A DNA stretch of 35,746 nt from a virus (Duplodnaviria; Caudoviricetes): IMG/VR virus record IMGVR_UViG_3300024232_000042, positions 1 to 35,746 of that record, one strand, 5' to 3'. A model generated the notes under the pieces. It saw only the letters and a list, made by a program, of their open reading frames with translations. It was not told the origin of the DNA and made no database searches. Below are positions 28,327-35,610 of the stretch, piece after piece. Position 1 is the stretch's first letter. Every line of letters starts with the position of its first letter. Position numbers and translations under genes: made by a program.

Positions 28327-28414
28327 AAAAAAAAGAGCTCCCTTGCGTAGAGGAAAGCTCTTAAGATAACAACACTCACGAATGTTAACGCATAACCAAA
28401 AGATTCAGAAATGC
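28327..28414 (-). ncRNA. Predicted ~90-nt antisense countertranscript to the rep leader
   Basis: Minus-strand promoter TTGCAT-18-TATGAT with extended TG (28421-28450) and minus-strand terminator AAGAGCTTTCCT-loop-AGGGAGCTCTT plus T-run. Confidence 0.55.
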
Positions 28415-28665
28415 GAGATAATCATAACATGGATTCGCAAAATAATGCAAGCCAAGATGTGGAAGAGAATTTCACTCATCAATTTCATATCGGAAATGCT
28501 TGCTCTGTAGGATTACACGCAGCGATTGTTTATGATTTTGTTAGGGCAGGATGGTCGTTTTCAAAAATAGTAAACGAATGTCCATACCTATCAGAAAATG
28601 AAGTACGAGAAGCGATAAAAGCAGTCCTTTACCTTCATTATGTAATAGGAGATCGCTGTGAATAA
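28411..28665 (+). CDS. Mini wHTH paralog of the initiator N-terminus
   Basis: HQFHIGNACSVGLHAAIVY...SFSKI...PYLSENEVREAI aligns with the Rep N-terminal domain. Confidence 0.7.
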   Translation: MRDNHNMDSQNNASQDVEENFTHQFHIGNACSVGLHAAIVYDFVRAGWSFSKIVNECPYLSENEVREAIKAVLYLHYVIGDRCE

Positions 28666-29644
28666 TATTATAACAGGTTTCTCCCATTCATTCGATACAG
28701 GCGTAGCCCAGGCATTAGGATTGAATGCAGCCTCTGTTTACAATCATATTTTATATTGGCTCAGACACAATTTTGTGGAAGGCACAAATTTTGAAGAGGG
28801 TAAGACGTGGACATACAACTCATTTGAAAAAATGACGAAATATATGCCCTACCTGACAAAAGATCAAATACGCCGATCCCTAGAAGATCTTTTCCAAGCT
28901 GGATTGATAATAAAATCAAATTTTAACAACAGTAAGTTCGACCGGACATCATGGTATTCCGTTCCGGATCAATCCGTAATAAATGGATCAAAAAATGATC
29001 ACGATAAGGCAAATTTGCCAAATGGGCAAGGCGAATTTGCCAAATCAAAGAGGCGAGATTGCCACTTGTATAATACAAGGGAAGAACCAAGGGAAAACCC
29101 AAGAGATATACATACGCCACCTTCCGGTGGCGAGTGTGTAAGTTCAGTTCCAGATCGAGAAAAAAAGATCGAAAGAGTCAATAATGTTTCCACTACTCAG
29201 GATCAACACTCCAAGCTAGTAGAAAAATATGGCGAAGAACTCACAGCGACTTGCTATCAATATCTGTCCGACTGGAAGCAAAGCGCTTCACCCAGCACCG
29301 TAAAAAAACACAGCAGCGATTACATGAGAATAACCGGATGGGCAATGCAAGCCGTTCGTGAAAAGATCGTTAAGGAAGCTCAACTTGCTACACAAGAAGC
29401 TAAAATCAATCCATCAGCATCAGCTGCAGAAATACCATCAGGAAAGAAATGTATCATTAGCGACAATAGGAAATGGGCGCAGAATATAGCCAATGGGTAT
29501 CATATCAAAGCGATTTACGGCGTCACGGCTTCGGATACCTCAATCGAAATCAAAAGCAATAGAGGATCAATCCCGATTGGATACGCCGAACATGGATTCC
29601 GGGATCAAGTCAATAAGGCCCTACATCTTCATGGATTCCTGTAA
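28658..29644 (+). CDS. Replication initiator (wHTH, lambda O / replisome-organizer-like)
   Basis: HSFDTGVAQALGLNAASVYNHILYW...GKTWTYNS...PYLT..QIRR; internal iterons. Confidence 0.8.
   Translation: MNNIITGFSHSFDTGVAQALGLNAASVYNHILYWLRHNFVEGTNFEEGKTWTYNSFEKMTKYMPYLTKDQIRRSLEDLFQAGLIIKSNFNNSKFDRTSWYSVPDQSVINGSKNDHDKANLPNGQGEFAKSKRRDCHLYNTREEPRENPRDIHTPPSGGECVSSVPDREKKIERVNNVSTTQDQHSKLVEKYGEELTATCYQYLSDWKQSASPSTVKKHSSDYMRITGWAMQAVREKIVKEAQLATQEAKINPSASAAEIPSGKKCIISDNRKWAQNIANGYHIKAIYGVTASDTSIEIKSNRGSIPIGYAEHGFRDQVNKALHLHGFL
29006..29111. repeat. Putative replication origin: three 22-bp-spaced iterons plus three 12-bp repeats
   Basis: AAGGCAAATTTGCCAAAT (29006), AAGGCGAATTTGCCAAAT (29028), GAGGCGAGATTGCCACTT (29050); CAAGGGAAGAAC/CAAGGGAAAACC/CAAGAGATATAC. 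Confidence 0.7.
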
Positions 29645-29715
29645 ATAACAAGTGGCCCTAGCAAGGTGAAGGGCTGCCACATAAACATCGGCACAGAGCA
29701 GATATGAACGTTTAA

Positions 29716-30021
29716 ATGGCAGAGGTGAACATGATCGCATGGATGAAAAGCTGGATCAAATGGTTTTTGCTCCTTCCGGAAGAAGAACAAGAGTCTATCC
29801 CGCCGACTTCGGTATCGAAATCAGCGGAGAAGTTGGCAGACTTTGAGCGCTGGGCCTTTGGTGATGTAGATTCTCATACTTGGACGCAATGGCAGCGCGA
29901 GCGCATCTGGAACATCCGGCATGGCGATGTCTACACGATTCCCGAAGGCGAGCATTTCCGCGATCATATGTCACGTATCACAAAACTTTATGACGAATAC
30001 CGCAGGATCGCAGGGCTATGA
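29716..30021 (+). CDS. Hypothetical protein
   Basis: GAGGTG RBS suggests a start at MIAW; coupled to rusA. Confidence 0.6.
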   Translation: MAEVNMIAWMKSWIKWFLLLPEEEQESIPPTSVSKSAEKLADFERWAFGDVDSHTWTQWQRERIWNIRHGDVYTIPEGEHFRDHMSRITKLYDEYRRIAGL

Positions 30022-30644
30022 TATTTTCTATCCCAGGAGATCCAATACCTCAGGCAAGGCCTAGATTTTGCATGCAGGGACGAAAACCGATAGTCCGGGA
30101 CCCGAATAGGGCGGATAAAATTCCCGTGCGCCTAGCGATGAAGAGGGCGCTATTTGACGCTATGAATAGCGATATTCAGCATATCGCTTTAGATGCCTGT
30201 TCATTGGCTACATCGGATACCTACAACGTTGAGATGCATTTTCGATTCGCCACGCCGAAATCATGGAGCGATAAAAAATCTCGCAGCAAGATCAATCAGC
30301 CACACAATTCAAAGCCAGATATTGACAACTTGATAAAGTTTTATCTAGACTGCGCCAGTGGGATTTTATGGCTCGACGATCGTATGGTAACGCAAATAAT
30401 GGCATCAAAAGCTTATGGCTTATCAGCTCAGACAATCATAACAGTTACCGCTCAAAACACCTCAAAATTATCAGACGGAGAAGACATCATGGATAAGCAA
30501 ATTCATAAAGTTCAAAAAGATCTGAAGTCCGGACATGAAGGAAAAGCTAAAAAAGATCTTGGAACTCTCCTGAAAATGGACAAAAAACAAGATGCCAAGA
30601 TTGAAAAATGTGATATGAAAAAGCCAATGAAGAAGAAAAAATGA
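30018..30644 (+). CDS. rusA: RusA-family Holliday junction resolvase with a basic C-terminal extension
   Basis: IPGDPIPQARPR, KPDIDNLIKFYLD, GILWLDDRMV..KAY. Confidence 0.9.
   Translation: MIFSIPGDPIPQARPRFCMQGRKPIVRDPNRADKIPVRLAMKRALFDAMNSDIQHIALDACSLATSDTYNVEMHFRFATPKSWSDKKSRSKINQPHNSKPDIDNLIKFYLDCASGILWLDDRMVTQIMASKAYGLSAQTIITVTAQNTSKLSDGEDIMDKQIHKVQKDLKSGHEGKAKKDLGTLLKMDKKQDAKIEKCDMKKPMKKKK
30489..30644 (+). CDS. Nested in-frame Lys-rich small protein
   Basis: Own GGAG RBS before MDKQIHKVQKDLK...KKPMKKKK. Confidence 0.5.
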   Translation: MDKQIHKVQKDLKSGHEGKAKKDLGTLLKMDKKQDAKIEKCDMKKPMKKKK

Positions 30645-30880
30645 AAGATAAAGAAAAAGATTTAAAAAAGCTTATCAAGCGGGAGAAAACTTTCTCCACG
30701 CTTGCAAAAGCAGAAGGCAAAGGAGCCGCTTCACGTGAAAAATCAGAGAAAAAATCTGGTATGCCAGAGAGTTCGGCGGACAGCGCCAGCGAAAAGAAGA
30801 TTGATAATGTTTTTGCAAAAGTACGAGAGAAAATATGGAAGCGGGCCGATGAAAAATTAAAAAAGGTTTATAAAAAATGA
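30641..30880 (+). CDS. Lys-rich small protein
   Basis: ATGA overlaps at both ends; highly basic. Confidence 0.65.
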   Translation: MKDKEKDLKKLIKREKTFSTLAKAEGKGAASREKSEKKSGMPESSADSASEKKIDNVFAKVREKIWKRADEKLKKVYKK

Positions 30881-32100
30881 TCGAATGGCAACTGAAAACA
30901 CTGAAAATCAGCACGCTCAGCGAGCACCCTAAAAATCCTCGCAGGCTAACGAAAGAGCAGCACAAGCACCTAAAAGACTCGCTCACTAGATTCGGCGTAG
31001 CAGAGAAACCGATCTGCAATGCCGATGGCATGATCATAGGGGGACACCAACGTCTGAAAGTTCTCAAAGAAATGGGATACAAGGAAGTGGAATGCTGGGT
31101 AGCGAAAGAGGCTATGACTCAAGAGCAGGTTGATGAGTTGAATATTCGTTTGAATCAAAATACCGGGGAATGGGATTTTGAGTGTTTGGCGAACGAGTGG
31201 AACCTGGACGACCTGGTAGAATGGGGTTTCAGTCCTGAAGAGCTTGGCATAGAACTCGGCGACGATGCTGTTGGTGGCGATGATGATGCGCAGACCAATG
31301 ATATCGGCAAAGATGAAGATGCGATAACTAAGCTGGGAGATGTTTATGAGCTGGGGCATCATAGAATTGTGTGCGGTGATAGTACTGATAGTGTCGTTGT
31401 TAGCTCTTGCCTTCAGGAAGCCAGACCTATAATTATGGTGACCGATCCGCCTTATGGGGTTGAATATGATCCATCATGGAGGAATGGCAGGCCTAATAAA
31501 GGTAAAAATTCGCAGGGGAAAGTCCAAAACGACGACAAGATTGATTGGACTAAAGCTTGGGAATTATTTCCTGGAGATGTGGCTTATGTTTGGCATGCAG
31601 TAAAATTTTGTTCCGAAGTGCAAATAAGTTTACAAGAATCACAATTTGAGATGATTTCACAAATTATATGGGCAAAACAACATTTTGCATTGTCAAGAGG
31701 GGATTATCATTGGCAGCATGAGCCATGTTGGTATGCAGCCCGCAAAGATAAAGCTCATAACTGGCAAGGAAGTCGGAAAGAAGCGACATTATGGGAAATT
31801 AATTCAGGGGTTCTTGGGGGAACAAAAGATGAGGAAAAATGGGGACATGGCACACAAAAACCCCTCGAATGCATGGCCCGGCCAATCCGAAACAACACAG
31901 AAGAAGGCGAAGGCGTCTACGATCCCTTCCTAGGATCAGGTACCACACTAATCGCAGCAGAGAAATTGAATCGGCGCTGTTTTGGAATTGAACTTTCGCC
32001 TGCCTATTGCGATGTCATTGTAAAACGATATATAAAATTTATGCGGGATAACGGGAAAGAATTTGAGATAAAGAGGAATGGTGAGGTTTTTGATGGCTAA
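30877..32100 (+). CDS. ParB/Srx-domain plus N6A/N4C DNA methyltransferase (beta class)
   Basis: HPKNPR and IIGGHQRL; TDPPY, HGTQKP, DPFLGSGTT, GIELSP. Confidence 0.93.
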   Translation: MIEWQLKTLKISTLSEHPKNPRRLTKEQHKHLKDSLTRFGVAEKPICNADGMIIGGHQRLKVLKEMGYKEVECWVAKEAMTQEQVDELNIRLNQNTGEWDFECLANEWNLDDLVEWGFSPEELGIELGDDAVGGDDDAQTNDIGKDEDAITKLGDVYELGHHRIVCGDSTDSVVVSSCLQEARPIIMVTDPPYGVEYDPSWRNGRPNKGKNSQGKVQNDDKIDWTKAWELFPGDVAYVWHAVKFCSEVQISLQESQFEMISQIIWAKQHFALSRGDYHWQHEPCWYAARKDKAHNWQGSRKEATLWEINSGVLGGTKDEEKWGHGTQKPLECMARPIRNNTEEGEGVYDPFLGSGTTLIAAEKLNRRCFGIELSPAYCDVIVKRYIKFMRDNGKEFEIKRNGEVFDG

Positions 32101-32371
32101 TTTTGAAGAATTAAAAAGCATGAAAAATACATATGCTATAATTAAAAAAAAATCTAAAGAACACAGAATAGCTTTTTTAGATTCCATCGTTTCGTATTGT
32201 GAATTTATAAAATTTTCTAAAGAACAAACGTTAATGATGCTCGCTCTGATAAGAAATGTTTTGCCACAACCTGGGCAGTCATTTTCTGACTGTGATGTAT
32301 ATGATGGCATCGACGAGGAATACAATAAAAAAATTAATTCAGATAATAATGGAGAAGTTTTTGATGGATAG
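32093..32371 (+). CDS. Hypothetical protein (array cassette 1)
   Basis: Starts in ATGGCTAA overlap; ends NNGEVFDG like the MTase; AT-rich. Confidence 0.7.
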   Translation: MANFEELKSMKNTYAIIKKKSKEHRIAFLDSIVSYCEFIKFSKEQTLMMLALIRNVLPQPGQSFSDCDVYDGIDEEYNKKINSDNNGEVFDG

Positions 32372-32600
32372 ATATATGTTATTTCATGGGGAGGATTTCT
32401 ATCCACGAGGAGGCATGTTAGATTTACAAGAAAGTTCTCACAACTTGGAATACTTAAAAACATTTTTGAGTAAGATGGATTGGGACGAGTGGGCTCATAT
32501 TTATGATTGCAATGTAAAAAAAATAATATTACATAGCGTTAACACCAAACAGGTAAACTCAGAGGGTTATACTTATAGTTGGGTGGTTTTTGATGAATAG
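32364..32600 (+). CDS. Phage hypothetical protein (array cassette 2)
   Basis: RYMLFHGEDFYPRGG...WAHIYD; starts in ATGGATAG overlap; ends VVFDE. Confidence 0.7.
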   Translation: MDRYMLFHGEDFYPRGGMLDLQESSHNLEYLKTFLSKMDWDEWAHIYDCNVKKIILHSVNTKQVNSEGYTYSWVVFDE

Positions 32601-32679
32601 ATTCACAAAGTTTATGCGAGAGAACGGCCGGGAATTTGAGATAAAGCGCAATGGCGAGGTTTTTGATGGAATGGATTAG
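32593..32679 (+). pseudogene. 28-aa remnant duplicate of the MTase C-terminus
   Basis: MNRFTKFMRENGREFEIKRNGEVFDGMD versus MTase RYIKFMRDNGKEFEIKRNGEVFDG. Confidence 0.75.
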
Positions 32680-32875
32680 CGTATCTGAAAAATTACCAGA
32701 GCATCATTGCGATGTGATGGTCTGCAATGTGAATGGTTGGATGGGTGCTACCATGGCACTCTACAATCCTGGGGCAAAAGAATTTATAGAATACGATCCG
32801 AAAAGCTATTTTAGATTGACGCTATCTGTAACACATTGGTTTGAAATCCCAATGTTGCCTGAGAGGCCAGAATAA
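32666..32875 (+). CDS. DUF551-family protein
   Basis: MEWISVSEKLPE...VTHWFEIP.LP. Confidence 0.85.
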   Translation: MEWISVSEKLPEHHCDVMVCNVNGWMGATMALYNPGAKEFIEYDPKSYFRLTLSVTHWFEIPMLPERPE

Positions 32876-33171
32876 TGAAAGACAGCCAAATTATGGAAGC
32901 TGAATACCGACTGGCTCAGCATTTAAGAAAGGTATTGCACTTAGACTGTGAGGCTAAAATGGAATGGATAAACGTTAAAGATCGACTGCCAGATCAACCA
33001 GAAGAAATTATCGATGTAGAAAGATATTGGTGCGCCTTGGAATGCGGACTATGTGAGTTAGTAACTTTTGCTCATACAACATCGGGATGTCACGAATTTA
33101 TTTGGAATGACTGCATATGTTCTAAAATTACGCATTGGATGCCGCTGCCGAAACCACCGGGAGAAAAATAA
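32875..33171 (+). CDS. DUF551-family protein
   Basis: MEWINVKDRLP...ITHWMPLPKPP. Confidence 0.85.
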   Translation: MKDSQIMEAEYRLAQHLRKVLHLDCEAKMEWINVKDRLPDQPEEIIDVERYWCALECGLCELVTFAHTTSGCHEFIWNDCICSKITHWMPLPKPPGEK

Positions 33172-33389
33172 TGGAAAAAAATAAAATATACGCGTTTTTG
33201 GCAATTGATCAGTTTAAAAAAATATTAATGTATCCTGAATTTCAGCACACATCTATTTACCCAATCGAAGATCTGAAGACACTGTTAAAAAACGAACTTG
33301 GCAGAGTGGGTTTAGGCAATGGTAGTTTTTTAGTTTTTATTCTTTCCACGGCCCACGATAAACCAGAATTGCTGACTTTACAAGATTAA
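33171..33389 (+). CDS. Hypothetical protein
   Basis: TAATG coupling, GGAG RBS. Confidence 0.55.
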   Translation: MEKNKIYAFLAIDQFKKILMYPEFQHTSIYPIEDLKTLLKNELGRVGLGNGSFLVFILSTAHDKPELLTLQD

Positions 33390-33420
33390 ACAACCTTTTT
33401 TAAATTATTGGAAAATATAT

Positions 33421-33546
33421 CGTCCTAACAGGGTACTCCCTGTTGACACAAAACCTTTAAAAATATTCTACACACATTAGTGTCAACTTAGACACTGCAT
33501 TTAATGATTGACATAATGTAATGTCATGTCCTATGATGTCCTTAAC
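33421..33546. promoter_or_regulatory. res site (resolvase subsites) overlapping a promoter
   Basis: AACAGGG-tact-CCCTGTT; TGTCAA-21 nt-TTGACA (33481-33513); further TGTC half-sites; TTGACA-18-TATGAT. Confidence 0.65.
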
Positions 33547-33562
33547 AAAAAGGAGATTGGAT

Positions 33563-33748
33563 GTGAAAATTAAAGAAATAAAAACACCGTTTGAACGATA
33601 TACTAAAAATTGTTTAAAAAAAATCAAAGAAATCAAGAAGGAAGAAATTTTAAAAAAAATGTTAAACGATATAAAAATTAAATATGAGACAGAGAAAAAA
33701 GAAAAGATAAAAAATCTTGAAACCGAATTGCAAAATTTAAAAAAATAA
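33563..33748 (+). CDS. Lys/Glu-rich coiled-coil small protein
   Basis: AGGAG RBS plus GTG; very AT-rich. Confidence 0.5.
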   Translation: MKIKEIKTPFERYTKNCLKKIKEIKKEEILKKMLNDIKIKYETEKKEKIKNLETELQNLKK

Positions 33749-33757
33749 GGATGTAGA

Positions 33758-34321
33758 ATGACAGGAAAACGCATAGGCTACATAAGAGTTAGCACAACGG
33801 ATCAGAATCCGGATAGGCAATTGGAAAGTATGCAAGTAGATAAAAAGTTCATAGACTACGCTTCTGCGAAATCGACAGATCGTCCTCAGCTTCAAATGAT
33901 GTTAGAATTTGTTCGAGAAGACGACATTGTCATGGTACATAGTATGGATAGACTTGCAAGGAATGTGACCGATCTACGAAATCTGGTCAATTGTCTAGTA
34001 GCTAAAAAAGTGCAAGTTCATTTTATGAAAGAAAATTTGCAATTTACCGGTATCGAATCGGCAATGTCAAACCTTTTATTGTCACTTATGGGAGCATTTG
34101 CAGAATTTGAGCATGCTTTTATTAGGGAAAGACAGGCCGAAGGTATTTCTATAGCAAAAAAGCAAGGAAAGTTTCATGGGGGACATAAAAAGTTAAACGC
34201 AGAAAAAATAGCTATCCTAAGAGAGCTAATTTTAACAAGGAAGACAAAATCTGCGATAGCAAAAGAGCTAGGTGTTTCAAGGACGTCTCTCTACAACTAT
34301 ATGGCACAGATGGCCTGTTAG
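33758..34321 (+). CDS. Small serine recombinase (Tn21 TnpR-like resolvase)
   Basis: MTGKRIGYIRVSTTDQNPDRQL, HSMDRLARN, GAFAEFE..IRERQ.EGI, C-terminal HTH. Confidence 0.95.
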   Translation: MTGKRIGYIRVSTTDQNPDRQLESMQVDKKFIDYASAKSTDRPQLQMMLEFVREDDIVMVHSMDRLARNVTDLRNLVNCLVAKKVQVHFMKENLQFTGIESAMSNLLLSLMGAFAEFEHAFIRERQAEGISIAKKQGKFHGGHKKLNAEKIAILRELILTRKTKSAIAKELGVSRTSLYNYMAQMAC

Positions 34322-34324
34322 ATT

Positions 34325-34798
34325 TTATAACATATCTTTAGAAACTTGTTGCGCGATTTCCTCACATCTTTTCCAGAAATTCCAATAGCGGTGAGAAATT
34401 TTATCGAATTTCTTGCCATACAGATCAGAAACCCTGCTTAGGATTATGGCAGAGCGAAGAAGCTTAATAAGGTCTTCCTGATTGGATGGATCATCACATA
34501 AAGTTTTGCAACTGTCTTCATCCACACGCCACACTTCCAGGAGGACATGGATCTCATTATAGAAATTGTATAACTCCTCATATCCGAACACCCGCAAGAT
34601 CGCGGATGCCTGCTCAGATAGATCGCTATTAATAGGCTCTGGACATTTTTTCGGAGACAAACTCTTTACCTTTCTCGATGATAATTCGCAGCAGCTCTTT
34701 AGATTTCTCTCTGTCTGTATAAGAAAAAATAGGATAACGCACTTTGCTGCCTTCCACATCTGCCATTTTATTTGGCAGAAAGAAATTCCAATTCTCAT
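34325..34798 (-). CDS. Hypothetical protein (true start probably downstream, near 34660)
   Basis: Helical protein in the leftward operon; 5' part overlaps the upstream gene. Confidence 0.55.
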   Translation of the reverse strand: MRIGISFCQIKWQMWKAAKCVILFFLIQTERNLKSCCELSSRKVKSLSPKKCPEPINSDLSEQASAILRVFGYEELYNFYNEIHVLLEVWRVDEDSCKTLCDDPSNQEDLIKLLRSAIILSRVSDLYGKKFDKISHRYWNFWKRCEEIAQQVSKDML

Positions 34799-34970
34799 CT
34801 TTCATAATGACGATGATGCCTCGGATGTCGAATTGGGGAAAATCTAGCACTCTCACGTGAAGAGAGCCAGAAAAAAAAGATCCATCATCTTCTTTGGCAT
34901 TCAGATAAAATTCTACAACTTCAATATTCACAAACGTACTCACACTAGATTTTATGACCAGGATCACCAA
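34629..34970 (-). CDS. SpoVG-like nucleic-acid-binding protein
   Basis: FDIRGIIVIMKDENWNFFLP...RYPIF...helix fits SpoVG topology; probable GTG start at 34931. Confidence 0.5.
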   Translation of the reverse strand: MVILVIKSSVSTFVNIEVVEFYLNAKEDDGSFFSGSLHVRVLDFPQFDIRGIIVIMKDENWNFFLPNKMADVEGSKVRYPIFSYTDREKSKELLRIIIEKGKEFVSEKMSRAY

Positions 34971-35136
34971 ATCTAAAATTAGCGTTTAAATTGTTTTTTG
35001 TCCACTTATTCAGAGGATTTTTAGCACGCCTCTCCCGACTGTTGGCATTCAGGCAGTGCCTGCAAACGTGAGAGCTGGTTTTGAAATCACAGATTGGCAA
35101 TTTTTCGCCACAAGTTTTACAAATTTTTGTGAGCAT
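34945..35136 (-). CDS. Zn-ribbon protein
   Basis: CKTC...CRHC, basic tail. Confidence 0.6.
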   Translation of the reverse strand: MLTKICKTCGEKLPICDFKTSSHVCRHCLNANSRERRAKNPLNKWTKNNLNANFRFGDPGHKI

Positions 35137-35148
35137 GGCGATCCGGTG

Positions 35149-35247
35149 TTACGGGTTTTTAAATCCACCGTACCACCCCAGCATTAAAAATAACATTATT
35201 ATCGGGATAACATACTCCGCGATTGTAGATGCCAAAATATTTACCAT
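35149..35247 (-). CDS. 32-aa membrane peptide
   Basis: MVNILASTIAEYVIPIIMLFLMLGWYGGFKNP (hand translation). Confidence 0.35.
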   Translation of the reverse strand: MVNILASTIAEYVIPIIMLFLMLGWYGGFKNP

Positions 35248-35252
35248 TTATA

Positions 35253-35282
35253 GGCCCCCGTTTGCACGGGGGCCGGTTTTTT
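35253..35282. terminator. GC-rich hairpin terminator after the collagen gene
   Basis: GGCCCCCGT-ttgc-ACGGGGGCC (GCAA tetraloop on the minus strand); T-run on the plus strand. Confidence 0.7.
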
Positions 35283-35610
35283 ATAGAGCTTTTATGCAAT
35301 GTATTGTTATTCCTGCAACGTTTACAGGGAACATAATTCCCAGGATATTTGGCGTCATCAGAACAGGATTGCTAGATGCATTCCTCAACATGAGAACATC
35401 ACCAGCTTGTACATCGATTATGACTTCAGCAACAATCTGTATGGTGTCATCACCCGGCGCTTGAGTATACCCTGAGATGACGCTACCAGGTACCACGATG
35501 TTATTCAGCCAAAAACCGAATGAGAATGATGGTACAGGATTAGGAATTGGAGGTCTAACCTTAGCTTCTGCACTATAACTGATGTCATACACACCAGATT
35601 TAAGGAATTT
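35281..35610 (-). CDS. Collagen-like protein, C-terminal BclA/C1q-like head domain
   Basis: In frame with 342..1; beta-rich GSIKFLKSGVYDISYS...FWLNNIVVPGS...IIDVQAGDVLMLRN resembles a BclA-C/C1q jelly roll. Confidence 0.8.
   Translation of the reverse strand, partial: KFLKSGVYDISYSAEAKVRPPIPNPVPSFSFGFWLNNIVVPGSVISGYTQAPGDDTIQIVAEVIIDVQAGDVLMLRNASSNPVLMTPNILGIMFPVNVAGITIHCIKAL

Larger units (their letters stand above)
32031..32669 (+). repeat. Four degenerate copies of the MTase 3'-end junction (..GTTTTTGATG)
   Basis: Long copies at ~32031-32097 and ~32602-32669; short copies at ~32347-32367 and ~32585-32595. Confidence 0.85.
1..35610. mobile_element. Complete circularly permuted podovirus-like phage genome (probable episomal temperate phage)
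   Basis: Terminal direct repeat, full head and short-tail gene set, replication/recombination module, one ORF continuous across the join, no flanking host genes. Confidence 0.92.

Noticed and set aside
30877-31260. ParB as a plasmid partition system
   Set aside because: It is the common ParB/Srx-MTase fusion; no ParA or parS array seen
32031-32669. CRISPR array or true integron
   Set aside because: Repeats are degenerate, irregularly spaced and protein-coding; no attC palindromes, cas or intI
33758-34321. Gin/Cin-type invertase for tail-fibre switching, or a Tn3 transposon
   Set aside because: Far from fibre genes, no inverted crossover sites seen, no transposase or Tn3 terminal repeats; sequence is TnpR-like
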